62,022 nt of DNA, filler included, from Sphacelaria rigidula (GCA_964200075.2; 11 parts of 11 records of this genome joined end to end with filler, not necessarily neighbours in it), one strand, 5' to 3'; shown: positions 13,521 to 26,838, counted from the first letter of the whole stretch. Notes: generated by a model from the letters alone, not told the origin. Numbers and translations are program-made.

Positions 13521-13747
13521 TGTGACGAAATCACGCCGTCACGTTGAGTATATAGTGATGATATGGATGATGACATGGACACAAGGGTGATATCCTGATG
13601 TGGGTTATGAAGCATATGTGCCTGGGTGGCACTCCAGGATAAAAAAAGGTGTTGTGAAGGCTAACAACTGAAACCTGAGGCCAGTGGAACTGGGGAGTCC
13701 CTCAACAGCATTACACGCTGCAGTACTCGCAACCTGCTGGCGTCACA
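13521..13747 (+). repeat. 5' LTR (227 bp) of the plus-strand Gypsy element
   Basis: TGTGACG...CGTCACA termini; shares blocks such as AGTGATGATATGGAT, CTGAGGCCAGT and TCCCTCAACAGCA with the reverse complement of 8260-8521; followed by gag. Confidence 0.85.
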
Positions 13748-14045
13748 ATATCGATATTAGTGCTAGTCGTGCCAGTAGTGCTATCGCTAGTGACTGCTGG
13801 AAAATTTTCAGTAGAGAGGGGTCTGGACAGCTTCGGACATATTGCTTCACGGACGCATGAGGAGGGTTCAAGCTGAGGTAGCTGCAAAGGCGGCTGGCCC
13901 GTGCTTGATCCAGACTGGAGACTTGCTGGAGCTTCGTGCAGCGGGAGTTTATAGGATCCCACGGCTGTGTGGTGCGGCGACGAAGGGAGGTGTGAACCGT
14001 GGAGTTCGAGAAGGTTCAGAAGCCTTCGATTAGGTCCGCTCGGAA

Positions 14046-14913
14046 ATGTCGAGTACAGAGGTCCCGACCGAAGAGCCAGCGGAGACGACCGTAACCCCAG
14101 TTGTTCTAAGAGAAGAGTTGCGGCCTCCCAGTTACGGGAATTTGTATTCTGAGTGTGCTTCTCGGTTCGTTTTATACGAAATATGTAAAATACAAGAAGC
14201 GGGTGGAGCATGCGAATGCGGGGGGTGCGGTAAGGCATCAGGTGGTATCCATGGCGCAACTCGTGCCTACCCCCCTCCAACGCGTTTTTGCGAGAAGATT
14301 CCACGAGAAGAACACAATAACCCTGCTGCAATTGGCTGCAGCGATCAAGAAGCATGCAGGGCATACGGCGGGCGCTGAGGTAGAGCTAACCCAGGCGTCT
14401 GCGGCCGTGGCGAAGGCTGTCGCCATAAATCACAAGGGAAAGACCATGCATGAGGAGGTGGAGCCAATCATGGGAAAGTCGGAGACATACTTTTCCGAAA
14501 ATCCCAACGTCGAGATGGTTTATCGTTCCTCCGATGGGAAATTCCGTTCAGGGCCCGCTGCGGTGATCACCAATGCGATGGTGGAGGGTCTGGCACCGGC
14601 GGAATTCAATTAGGCCGTGCTTCCGCAAATACAGCACGAAACCAATTGGAAGTCAGACCCGTACTTAGTTATGGATCTCGTGGTGACTGAGGCTCAGGCA
14701 TGGCGGAAGATCGAAGTATTCGGGAAATCATCCACTTCGTCGCCGCAGTCTTCGAGCTCGCGTAACCGCGGATCAAAATCCGCAGGCAGTGCCGCCGCCA
14801 ACATCACTTGCTTTCAGTGTGGCCAGGTAGGCCACTACGCACGCAAGTGCCCAACGCCTTCCGAAGGGGAGTCTGGCCAGACAAGTGCCGCGCGCCCTCG
14901 AAGTCACATCTGA
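14046..14913 (+). pseudogene. gag: Gypsy gag, with a frameshift near 14150 and an in-frame stop at 14611-14613
   Basis: Consecutive ORF pieces 14046.., 14155-14613 and 14617-14913, ending with the CCHC knuckle CFQCGQVGHYARKC. Confidence 0.85.
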
Positions 14914-15359
14914 GGAAAGGTAATCGGGGTGGTAGCGGAGGCGGATCCTCCAGCAGTGGAGGTGTGCAGTCGAGTTCCCAGCAGCAGCAGCAGCAGCAGC
15001 AGCAGGGGCAGCGGCGTCAGCAGGGGTCCGATTCTGGGTCCGGCTCAGCCGCAAGGGCTGCTGCTCCGCAACGGGCGGTGCAGGTGGGACCGACCACTCA
15101 AGTGTCGGGCTCAGTGCCGGCGCCGCCGGCAGCAGAGCAAGGCGAAACGCCTGCTGCTGAGCCGGCCGGATTTCAGCTGAAATTTGGATCCGCTGCTGCG
15201 TCGGCCGGAGTACCGCTGCAATTTGGTTCTGCGGGAAGATTCGTACATGCCGGGGGTGCCGGTTACCCCAGCGGGGACGTCTATGCCTGCGCCGCACGCG
15301 CAGCCGTGGCGCCAAGTGGGGATCACGAATAATCAGTCGGCGGAGCAGGTGCCGGTCCA

Positions 15360-16700
15360 GTATCACGAAAAATATATTCCGGCAGAGTTATATCTCCCAA
15401 ATCAACGGGCGCGGGGAGCCATATCGGTCAACGCTGTGTTGGATTCAGGCGCCCATTTCACGAGCGTGTCGGTGCTGATTGTGGAGTTTCTGGAGAGTCT
15501 ACTCCCTTGTAACAAATCCGCGTCCCGTTCTCGCTCGGGGCGCGGCAGGCCATCACCGCATTGGGGCAACGTGTAAATGCCACGGAGCGTACGATTCCCC
15601 TACAGTTGGCGTTCAGGACGACCTGGGGGCCAGCGAAATTACCCCCGATATCGTTTGCGATCATGCCGGGGACGGATGGTGTTGTTCTGTTCGGTTTACC
15701 GACGCTTCGGGAACTCGGAGTCGACCCGTATGATCGGTTGTTAGAGTCCCTGAAAACAAAAATGCCGGCGCCCGGTTCGAGTGTCGAGACGCCTGCTTTT
15801 TTGGCCAGTCGCAGAGTGAGCTTGTCCGTTGATGCTCTCCAGGAGGCGGAGGGGCAGGTGTCCGAGAAGCTTGATGAGGCGGTGGAACGCTTGATGAAGC
15901 GTGGCGCCGAAATGTTCATGGAGCCGGCAGAAGAGGAGTCCGCGCGAATGGCTGCGCTGGAGGAAAGCGTGACGGATGCTGTGGAAAATGGCCTCAACGT
16001 CTCAAAAGCAGAGCGCTTGCGTGGCATACTGTATCGCCACGTTAACGCGTTTCGTCGTGCGCTGAGGGGTGATCCCCCTGCGCGCGTGGAACCCATGAGA
16101 GTTACACTGAAGCCAGGGGCGGCCGCGGTGAAGGCAAAACCGAGGGGTTATGATCGGGTAGAGTCCAGTTGGTTAGCTTCTTGCATGGGAGCTCTTGTGG
16201 TGTTTGGGTTGGTATTGAGGAATCTACAGGCGGTGTGGTTCAGTCCAGCGACGGAGGTGCCGAAGAAGGACTCTTTCCGTCTTGTCAGCGATTACGGAGC
16301 CATCGATGATCAGGTGGAGAAGTCGCCGGGTGTCATGCTCAATCAGGAATCCGACATGATAGACCTGTTGAGTGCGCGATGTTTCGGTAAGTTGGACCTC
16401 CTACAGGGGTACTGGCAAATGCCGTTGGCCGAAGAGGCGCAAGAAATATTCACCATCACGACTCCGTTTGGCATGTTTACCCCGCAACGAGTACCGCAAG
16501 GCGTGTTGAATGCTACTTTCTACTTTCAAGGTGTCATGGTAGACCTTTTAGATGGCTTGAAATGCAAGATCTGGGTGGATGATGTCTTTTTCTTCGCGGA
16601 TACGGAAGACGAACTGTTGGATACGCTTGATGTAATCTTGGCTCGCTTAGAGAGTGTTGGTCTGTTTGCAGCTGCCCACAAATGTACCTTTTTTGCTACG
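15360..16700 (+). pseudogene. pol: Gypsy pol, 5' half (aspartic protease and reverse transcriptase), frameshifted and truncated
   Basis: AVLDSGAHF protease site; FRLVSDY, KLDLLQGYWQ, VPQGVLNA, IWVDD and AAHKCTFF RT motifs. Homology stops near 16700. Confidence 0.93.
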
Positions 16701-17020
16701 AGCTGGGCCAGCCCAAAAACGGATTTAAGCTCTAAAAGCAATATCTCATCGACACACACGAGTTGGGCCGTGATCCGCATATCGTGTTAATCGTCCAATC
16801 AAGGGGAAGGTGCACATCTGCTCAAAAGTTTGGGCCCATATTTTNNNNNNNNNNNNNNNNNNNNNNNNNNNNNNNNNNNNNNNNNNNNTTAATTAATTAA
16901 NNNNNNNNNNNNNNNNNNNNNNNNNNNNNNNNNNNNNNNNNNNNGGGTCTTCCGTGCAAGAGAGAAATGCCACTTCAGCCCCATATTTTGTATGAACCCC
17001 AAAATATAAAATCGGCTGCT

Positions 17021-17354
17021 TATAGGCGATTTCTTCCCGTGGATTGATTTTCCGGACCCCAGTCCGTTGGGCAATGTTTTTCGGCTAGCTTTGAGCAAAC
17101 CAGATCAATTCTTCGATTTTCTGGACGTTGACTTTCGATACGTCACCGTTCTGCTGAAATCGGGACACTCCCGCATCTCCGAAGAATCGGGGGAGATGCG
17201 GAAGTGTCCCGATTTGGGCATAATAGATGTGATAAACCAAAAGTCTACGTCCATATAATCGGAGAATTGATCTCATTTGCTCACAGCTAGCCGAAAAATA
17301 TTGTTAAACGGACTGGGGACCGAAAAATCAATCCACGGGAGAAACTCGCCTGTA
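17021..17354. repeat. Long imperfect palindrome (foldback)
   Basis: Outer arms ~17021-17136 and ~17240-17354 are reverse complements; inner 24-bp arms 17157-17180 and 17192-17215 differ at one position. Confidence 0.9.
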
Positions 17355-17699
17355 GATGGGCCGAAATCCTCCTATTTGTAAAAATCGGGACTCGTTGCCA
17401 TAAAAGTGGATCTTAGGCCCGGAGCCATCATGGTGACAGAGAAACTACTCGCAGAATCCACATTTCTGGATTCAATCGCGGGCATGGATGATCCGGGCGA
17501 GGGAAAGACAGCAAATCAAGGCGGTACGACTATTATGGCGTTTACTGCTACGCATGTTAGTCACGTACTAATGCCCCCCACGACCACGAAGAGTGCCCCC
17601 ATGACTACTCAAAAGGAAAACAAAAAATGAACATCGCGACGCTCGGGCGAGCGCCATGTTCTCAGGTTTGCAGGGGCACCACAGTGCAGGGACGTCTTC

Positions 17700-20654
17700 G
17701 AAGGGTAAAGTATCAGAAAGGTGCCAGCATAATCACGGCAAAAAATGGTATTTGGCTTGAGGACTGACGATCCGCCACCAAGATCAGAGCTTGGTTTTGG
17801 GTGATATGTCGCCATCCACTACTCGTAGCTTGAAACATTTGCAGCGACCCCGTTGATGTGCTTCTTCAAACTGTTGATGGTTGTTACAGGAAAAGAATGA
17901 TGCCGTTGTGTTGTTTTGATGGGAACGGATTTGTACACGGAAAGAATCGAACAAATAGACATGGGAAGATGACTGACGAAATAGTAAAAAACTCGCTTCT
18001 CACGTAGGCGGGTCGGCAATGACCACGTCGGTTTTGCCAGGTTTCCCATACTCATATGTGTACTGTGCTCGCGCTCCGCGGAGGTGGGTGTGTGGGAGCA
18101 AATCAAGTTAGATTGGGTATTTGACCCCTCCACCGCCAGGGTTGGCCGTCTGTTGAGTATGCATTATTTTTTTCAACTGAAGAATAAGTATGAGGTCAAC
18201 ATTGCCGACCATGGCGGTCAAAAGACTCGAAGCATATTTCGGTTCTTCAAAATATGTCTCTGCTGCCGTCACACGTTTCTGTCCAAGGGCATTGTCCAAG
18301 CCGCCTTTGCACGGCACATGCACGGCACATTCTTACATCCATCAGCCATACAAAGATACGTGCAGAAGAGTAGCGCCTCAGGATCTGATTGGCCAAATCT
18401 GCTTGCATGTGAATGGCCCAGTGGGCCATTTCAACATACACACACACATATGTGAATGTGTGTGTGAAAAGGTGATTCCTCGACAGACACTTGTGGAATT
18501 TGTCCCTTTCATGTGGCAGTTCCCACATATACATATATCTATACATATATACCCTCCGTGCTACCAATTGGTTTCTCACACCCCGATACCCAGGTTTCAG
18601 ACACCGGGAGTGCAACGCGACGGGCCGGCCGACTGAACGATGCGCTCAGAATTTAGCTCGCAATACTGCACAATGAGCCAAACGTCAATTCATTTGTTCC
18701 TCTACCGTCATTTTTCAACCTACTGCATATCACCTGTACAACACCAGCGTCTTGCTCAAATACACGGATATTGTACACCGAGGAATAGCACAGAAAATAC
18801 CCCCAAGCAGACAAAACTAGAGCACCCCTTCAGCTGGTGCGGGATTCATTCCATGTCATTGTCTTCTTGTTCCCTACGTTCGCTTGAATTCTGGTGCTTC
18901 AGTTGATTACACTGCAATCGAGCAATAATGCATTCAACCATTTCAGAGGTCGGCTTTCGGGGCAGTATAACTGGCCCACCTCAAACGCTGGTAACCCTCA
19001 CACAAAAGCGAAGTAGTTTATCTCTGCTTGCGAGCATCACCCCTAACTGCATCAACATAACCTCTTACTGAGTCCGGTGATGCTAATTTTGAGCAAAGTC
19101 GAAATTTTTCACGAATTTCCGGCTGTCTTTGCCCTGTCAGTCTGCAGCATCGCGCCTTTAAGCGGTTGAATAGGGATCTCCTTGATCCCAGGTATTCTAA
19201 ACAGAGCACAGTCGTGCAGCAGTAGGTTTCTCCACGATAGTACTGCTGTGCCACACGGGTCCCGAATCGATTGCTTTAATCTAAATATTCTTGTGTATGA
19301 AAATATTGTTCTATCATAAGAGGGCCTCGACGTATAGGCCAAAGCGCAAGAAGCCACATGCAACACAGCTCCGCAACTCCACCGACGAAAATGCACAAAA
19401 AAAAAAAGTAGAATGTTGCACCCCACCTCCTCCCGATCCTCCCGTCACCCTCAAAACTCTGATCAATCCAATTGCGCGCTTGTGGTCACACTCGCCGTGA
19501 GTGTACCTTTTTTCTCTACATTCACCACTTGCTGGCGAAAGTGTCGGAGAGTCATTTTCCGTCACGAAATGAAAAAATATTTGCCACGACCAAACCACCT
19601 ACAGAGCAAGCCAAATCATTCCCTCTGCATCGGACTCGTTTTCTCCAGAACCAACACATACATGGGCCCATCTTGCCCGCGAAGACCTAGTGAACGACCA
19701 TGCACTCCGCAAGGTGCCCTTCCGATACCCTACCTAGCAAGCAAACTTCCCACCCGCCGGACAGCTCATGGGACTACCTGAGTGTTGCTTCCAACTGGTG
19801 TACCGATATCCGGGTCATGAGCTAGCTCATTCGGCCTCTATTTTCCAGAGTTGCGCCCTATAGCGCTGGACGCCGAGCACGCGAAGCAGCGTTAAGGTAG
19901 CGCTCTCGCTTCTCCAACTCCGCTGTCACGCATTTTGTGTTCTCGGACAACGCATCTGAGAGTCCGCTTGTATTACTCAATTCTAGTAGCTCGTAAGCTG
20001 TCCGATGTGTGAAACTTTCGCCATTTCGATTGGTAACCAAACCACGTGTGTAACCGAAGATGTTTTGGTTTCCCTGTAACACCCCACAGTATGGTCCGGA
20101 CACTCTGTTCACCCGCGTCCACGGTTGGCCGTGATCTCGACACTCAATTCAATACTCTTCTGTGTTTCAGCTTTTGCTCTATATTTTTTTCTTCATTTTT
20201 GGAGCTCGCAGAGGGGACAGCAACGTATTTTCTCGCTGTGTGCCGCACAACCCTAACGAGTTTTTTGCGCGCTACGATCGTGCGCGAAGCCACGGTCAGA
20301 AAAAAATCGGATCGCATGCCAACATGCCGCCTTGCAAAACTGTGTACCTGAAACTTTGTTGCTTCTATCGCTACCAGCATCGTCCTCTGCGGTAAGACAC
20401 CGCCTCCTTTATCGATTAATGAATCACACGCATGACCGAATGGGATTCTCGCGACTGAGACTAAGTGAGACTGACTGACGCCGCCCGCAACCACACACGC
20501 GAAATGCGAATAATGTCTCATGTGGTGCTACAGCAGCGTAAAAGACTTGGGAAAAAAACCGACACGCCTTCATAGAGAACAATCGAAAGTCAATCATATG
20601 CTGCACAACAAAATCAGCCAGCATCTCCTTCTTTGCATGCATCTTTATCGTCAT
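17700..20654 (-). pseudogene. Possible highly decayed hAT-family transposase, interrupted
   Basis: Fragments in hAT order on the minus strand: LADFVVQHMIDFRLF (like the Hermes-type DNA-binding region), GLVTNRNGESF...LSENTKCVTAELEK (like the DxWT catalytic segment), VHVPC (CxxH-like), PTWS (TRW-like). Resemblance by eye only. Confidence 0.35.
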
Positions 20655-22470
20655 ACGACTTCGACTTCACCCATCAAGGGCTGGTATTGTCATCACCCTC
20701 CTCCTCCGTTCGAGTCCTCTCCCGATTAAACCTCGTGATGAAGGGCAGCAACTCGGGCTGAACGCCCAACGCCGAAGACCCTACCGAGTACAGAACCGCC
20801 AAGATCACAGTGACGAAGATCACATCAGATCCCACTTCGGCCAGTGCAGCCAACTTCACCGAGTCCTTACCCAAAGACAGCTGCGCCAAGAAGGACAGCA
20901 GCGACGGCAAAAACATTGCAATGTCGATATTCACCGCCTGTCGACAGTTGAATCGCACAAGCTTGTTCACCTGATGTGTGTAATGTTTCATGCGCGCGGG
21001 AGGAGGAGAGAGAGAGAGAGGGGGGGGGGGGGGGGGGGGGTTTTTGAAGGTTGATATATTTTTATTGGGGGGGGTGAAAAGGAACAAAAAACGAAAAAAC
21101 AGAAAAAAAAAAGNNNNNNNNNNGTGGTGTGGGTGGGGCGGGGAGCAGGGGGGGTCGGGGGGTGGGGGGGGTGGGGTGCGTTGTGTGTTGGGTGATTTTT
21201 AATGGTTCAACATTATTCGATCGTGGGCTAGTAACGCAAGAACAAACGAGTAATAATGAAAAAAACGGTACGGAGAATCGAGAACGCGCTACAAACCCCA
21301 CACTGGCTCCAGACAACACCAAAGGATGCATGCAAACACGCCAGTTTCCTGTTTAAATACCCGCAGTTGCACTTGAGTCCGAACTGATTCATTCAACCTG
21401 GACCTCTTAAATATGGTGCGATGGGTGAAAAAAGAGTGAGAACAAGGTGTGGGAACAAGGCGAATCGAGTAGAGGTACTGGAGCGAGTACATTTCGAAGG
21501 ATTGGTGACATGGAGCTTATCCAGCACTTGTTGCTGGCTTCACCTCATGATTTGATTGCCCGGCCTATTGTTTGATTGATTGATTGTCGCACTCTAACTG
21601 ATCCCCCACGGGTCCAGCCGCGGTCTCATGTGAGCTCATTACTCCCTTCGTGCATACGACGATTCATCTGTGACTCATACCCATGCTATTTCTCACCACT
21701 CCTTCACCATCTCAAAGGTGAAGAATGTGCAGAGGTACTTGTTTACGTTGGGCATGATGTGAGGTGTCGTACCTAGCGCACAGTGTATACCAAATATAGC
21801 ACGGAAGCGCGTGGGACGATCCAGTATTTTCCGGACCGGTTTTGCCAAACGTACAACGGCAAGAACGGTCCAAAACCAAACTGGCGAGTCCCATTCAGAT
21901 AACGGTGGAAAAGCTCTTCAGAAGTAGTGTAGTAAATGCCAGTGGTGCCATTTCAGAGCGGACCGGACACGAAGGTTGGGCGGCGTGTAATACTGACTTG
22001 TAGATAAATGTATGGGATGATGTGCCCCATGCGGATCAGACTTCTCTACAGCCAGAATCATGGAATGTATGAAAACTCCCGCTCGCTGCCGGTGGTCTCA
22101 TGAGAGATGCAGACAGCCCTGTTTACATATCAGACCCGTCTGCTGGAGGAACATCGATTCGAAGCGTACTACACGGAAATAGGTTGTTGTCCTAGAGTAG
22201 ACGACGTGTACTACGTGCCATGCGTCGAGTATACAGCTGCCTCTCAATGCTTGATCATGCGCTGAGCTAGTGACGTACAGGAAAAGGGGACGGACGCCGT
22301 GGCCGCAGTGTCTACACAGTTACAGAGTAACGTATGGGTGACGCTTCACAATTTTGGCGTGGTGTATATGGGGTGGCTGCTCTCTCAGGTCTTGCACACC
22401 TCCCTCTCTCCCCCCCCCCCCTCTAAGAGATAGCCTGCATAGATAGCCTGGTCCGGCGAGAACCCGGCGT

Positions 22471-22492
22471 GCTCCGTCCCGGCTTTGTAGGG
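22471..22492 (+). mobile_element. Mini-element family B, 5' part, cut by contig end
   Basis: GCTCCGTCCCGGCTTTGTAGGG matches the copies at 45182 and 42393-42462 (reverse complement). Confidence 0.7.
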
Positions 22493-23239
22493 NNNNNNNN
22501 NNNNNNNNNNNNNNNNNNNNNNNNNNNNNNNNNNNNTTAATTAATTAANNNNNNNNNNNNNNNNNNNNNNNNNNNNNNNNNNNNNNNNNNNNGCACTGTT
22601 TTAGGCTTGAGCCTCATCTCGAAGTTAAACCTCAATTCTCACAATTTGTTGTTAAATGCTCATTTTCCCCCCTACATGATTGGTGGTCGGGATATATAAC
22701 GATGACACTGAAATCGTGTACGGTGGGAACATGCTTGCACGGCATGCCAAAACAAGAGTGTGGTGCGCAAAATTGGATATTTCCCCACATTTTCACTGTG
22801 TCATATCGAGCCTCAATTCTCGGTGAGGCTCGATTTTTGAAATTGTTCCGCGATAGGTGCGAGCTGAAGTTGGATGGCGCAGCGAACCGGCAACGAGCAC
22901 AACCCCCCGCTGCATGGACCTCTCGGTGGGCATTGGTGGAAAGAGGAAATAATGCTCCACGATGCCGACGCCCCGTCATAGCCGTAGTCCGAAACGAGGG
23001 GGGCAGGAGAGAGACGCAGACCGTTTGAAAGCAAAACGATGAGAGGGGGGGACGCAGGACGTGTTGTCATGTTGTGCTTTGATTGCGCGTGTTGAAAACA
23101 GTTGGGCAAAAAGTTTCGCTCTGCCGGTTCGCTGTTCGCTAAGTAGAATTCTGGTTGATTGACAGTAGTGTCGAGAATAATTCCTACGCCGGATCGGGAT
23201 GTAATAGTTGTATGATGTTTGACTGAAATACATTCCCTG

Positions 23240-23440
23240 TTTTTCTGTTCGGAAGATTCATGTTTCGAAGATTTGAAAATGAGGCATGTGCACCTGATGA
23301 TGCGCACGCTGTACTTCGAAAGATGAGCGTGAGGGTTTCTCTGTTTTTCTGTTTGAAAGGTTGATATCTCGGAGTTTGAAAATAGGGCATGTGCACTCGA
23401 TGATGCGCACGCTGTACTGAGAGATATGCGTGAGGGTCTT
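23240..23440. repeat. Two diverged tandem copies of a ~110-bp unit
   Basis: TTTGAAAAT..GGCATGTGCAC...GATGATGCGCACGCTGTACT...GCGTGAGGGT occurs twice. Confidence 0.85.
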
Positions 23441-23738
23441 GATTTTGTACTGTGCTGCAGGTCTGGATACATGTCTGATCCGAGAGAGCTTTGTTTTGGA
23501 TCTTGGAACGGTGGTCGGGATCTTTGAGCGCTAGAATTCGAATGAGGTACAGAGAGTTCTGAAGTTCTGTAACTTTTCGAAAGAAGGGGCGCACATGTGA
23601 TTCTGGTACATATTGTCTATGGGGGGGCAGGTGCGAGTTTCTCCGAAAGTAACTATCCAGAGACATACCCGCTCACAGGACGACTTGTTTAGATTGGTTT
23701 GCCGTGAGCCTACTACTGAAATGACTGCCCAAGGGGGG

Positions 23739-23997
23739 TGTTGAGGTGAACAGACTCTTCAGTGTAGTCTGCAGTACTGACAAACCACGGTACAAAGGTA
23801 CCCGTCTTTACTTGACATTGTCAGTTACATGCGGTAGGATTTGCTAACATAGTAGGCGTATGTTTTGTACCTACGTACGAAATATTTGCTTGACATGGTG
23901 TTGGGGTAGCCACACCCAGTCACTTTGTTCTCTTCGTTCTCTTTCCTCCCTTGACTTGCTTAGTCAAGTTATGTAATACTACTCTTCTACAACAACA
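23739..23997 (+). repeat. Candidate Copia-type LTR preceded by a polypurine tract
   Basis: AAGGGGGG (23731-23738) directly before TGTTG; ends CAACA at 23994 or 23997. No second LTR in the contig to confirm. Confidence 0.5.
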
Positions 23998-25313
23998 TGA
24001 TCGGCTCAGCCGTGTCCTTTGATCGACTTCATCAGTCGTGTCCAGCTGCCCCTGTTCATGGATCACGTATCAAGGAACATAATGTTGATCGCCGACAAGA
24101 CAATCGATATCCTAACCCGGAACAGCGTGCCCCGCATCACGGAGGAAACCACCCCTCCACGTAACCACTACTCCAACACATATACTCAGGCCAACAACTC
24201 CCATCACACCAACAACCCTCACCGCTTCAATGCCTCCCGCCATTCGAGGGACTCTCACCCGCGTGCAAACCTTGTACAATGAAGTGAGCCCCCGACTACT
24301 AACGAAGACTTCATCCCACCGGGCAGGGACAGTTTCGACGATACTGGATATGCCCATTGCGTGCAGAGTCATGAGCCATCGTCACACCAAGCACTGCCCC
24401 AATATCAGCAGCACCACTAGCCTACTGCATATCACGCACCACCATATCCTCACCATCCCCCACAAAACACCTAGAAACCTTCCCCACCAACAGACAACTA
24501 CCTACAGCAACCTACCCAACAATATCAACATTCCCCACCAACAGACCACTACCCACAGCAAAATTCCCAACAGTATCACCCACCGGGCCAGTAGCATCAC
24601 TCTTACTACTATCCTAACCCGGGGAACAGTCCTCATTAACAACAATACCAAACCGCAGCCCCCCCTAACAACCAACAGCAGCAGCATCAGCAGCTGGCAG
24701 CCCCCCAGCTACATCTGCTCCGCCTGCCGATACATCCACCTCGGAGCATCCACGACTATATATGGCATTTTCGATGTCAAAAGGCGAGTCTCGGTTTCGG
24801 CTTGGTAATGTTGCTTTGCAGGGATATGCTATGATGCATCGTGGGGAGGTGTTGGGGAGAAGTGATGATTTGGAAGAGTAGATACCTGACACTGGGGCCT
24901 CGCACCATACTACCGGAAGTATGGAGGGGCTCTTTGATGTGCGAGTTCCCCCTCATGGTAACGAGAATGTGGTTCTAGGAGATGGTACTGTACTCCCAAT
25001 AAGAGCGGTAGGTAGCCTCAACCTCAGATTTTACATGGGACTTACTGACGGGGCTGAGCGCATTAGTTTTTGTGTGGAGCTTACTAACGTGTATTTGCTT
25101 GATGGTATTAAGTTCAACATCTCCTCTTTACATCAGGCACAGTACAAACAGGAAATTACTTTGACTAGAGCAGGCATATCGTTGTTTAATGGGCAACTAC
25201 GACTCGACCGTAATTCGCGTTCATCTTTTCAATTCGCGAAACGTTTACCGCCCGCATCAGATGATGCTTCGATTGCAGTCCCCGCCATAGGGGAACATTC
25301 TAAAGATACTCTA

Positions 25314-25647
25314 TCCTCGTGTGCTACTATCAGTCCCCCTCCGACTGCTGTGCCTTCTTGTGCTACTGTCAGTGCCCCCCCGACTACTGTGTCTTCGTGT
25401 GCTTCTGTCAGTGAAACCCCGACTACTGTAGCGCAATCTGCTGCGACGGTGTCTTCGTGTGCTACTTTCAGTGCCCCCCCGACTACTGTATCTTCGCGTG
25501 ATCCTGTCAGTAACCCCCCGAGTACTATGTCTCCGCACGATGCTGTCAGTGCCTCCCCGACTACTGCGTCTTGGTGTGCTTCTGTCGGTGCAGCCCCGAC
25601 TACTGTAGCACAATCTAGTGCGACGGCGTCTTCGCGTGCTACTGTCG
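25314..25647 (+). repeat. In-frame 39-bp minisatellite (SSCATVSAPPTTV) inside Copia pol
   Basis: Seven units plus a partial one; two carry a 21-bp extension (AQSAATV, AQSSATA). Confidence 0.9.
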
Positions 25648-26838
25648 ACTCATCCAATAGTCTTCCCACAGGATTGACTGCTGTTCCAGGTTTACACTTA
25701 CCGGACCTACTGCTGTCCGAGGAGGATGAGATTGCTACGTGTAGTCACCCAGCGTTTTTCCCTCGAGTTCTAAGCCGTCACGAATTGAGTGAGGAGGAAA
25801 TTTTGGATCTGGCGCTTACAGCTATAACCCCCGGCCGTCGACCATCCACTGTCGGCAAACCCCAACAAACGTTGGACATCAACTACTTTTTCGTTTCCCT
25901 CTACCGTGCTCACAAGACCATTCTCCGAGCAACCGCCGCCCGATGGGACATTACTCTCACAGGACAGCTGGCGCCATGCGCAGGATGTGTGGAGTCAAAA
26001 GGGCGACGCGCCGCGATCCCACATTTAACTACTCACCCACGGTACTCGGCATTGTCCACCTCGACCTCGCGGGACCGCATGTGCGGACACTAGGCGGGTC
26101 ACTATACATGCTCGCCTGTGTGGATAGTAAGTCTCGTTCCATCATGCTTTGCGGCTTGGCAAGGAAGGCACACGCTTTGGCGAAGGTGAAGGGATACATG
26201 GCCGCCGTCAATCAGTTCGGTGTTCCTTGCTGCTTCCGCATCGACAACAGGGGTGAATTTCGTTCGCAAGACTTCATTTGTTTCTGCGACGAGGTACGAA
26301 TTTACCGCGAGTACACAGCGCCCGATACCCCGAAGCACAACGCTGTGGCCGAGAGCGCAATCTGGCGCATGATGAAGGCTGGCCAGGCGGCGCGATGTGA
26401 AGCTTCGCGCCTCTTCCCCGCTGAGGCCTTCACGGACATCCCCGGACTCGGTGGCACCTTGGATAGACTCCGGTTGGAGTCCGTGGCGTGGGCCGCGGAT
26501 GGCTTCAACCGCTCCACCACGATGGCCAACCCTGGGAAGGTCCCGCCATACCAGGTTTTCACCGGCCGTGCCTCTCCTCTTCAGATCGTTACCTTTCTTC
26601 AGCCTGGAATGATGAAGGTCACACGACGCTCCAAGATGGATCCGTAAGCTGCCAAGTGCTACTATCTCAACAACGGCTGCAACCATTCCTCGTCAACCGT
26701 GAAGGTCATCAAAGCCTCGACCGGCTCCGTCTGTATTACCAACAACGTGGTCGGGAAAGTGCCTCGTCTACCACTCCAACCATCAGCGCCGCCCGACGGA
26801 AGGGGGGGGGAACAAGGCAACACCGAGACTTCAGCTTC

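Noticed and set aside
21860..22080. Faint PIF1/Helitron helicase-like words (GGKAL, VWDDVPHA)
   Set aside because: Too short, in different frames and surrounded by stops; cannot be told from chance by eye.
26102..26686. 194-aa minus-strand ORF and similar antisense ORFs (8901-9716, 15458-16096)
   Set aside because: Shadow frames opposite retrotransposon pol genes.
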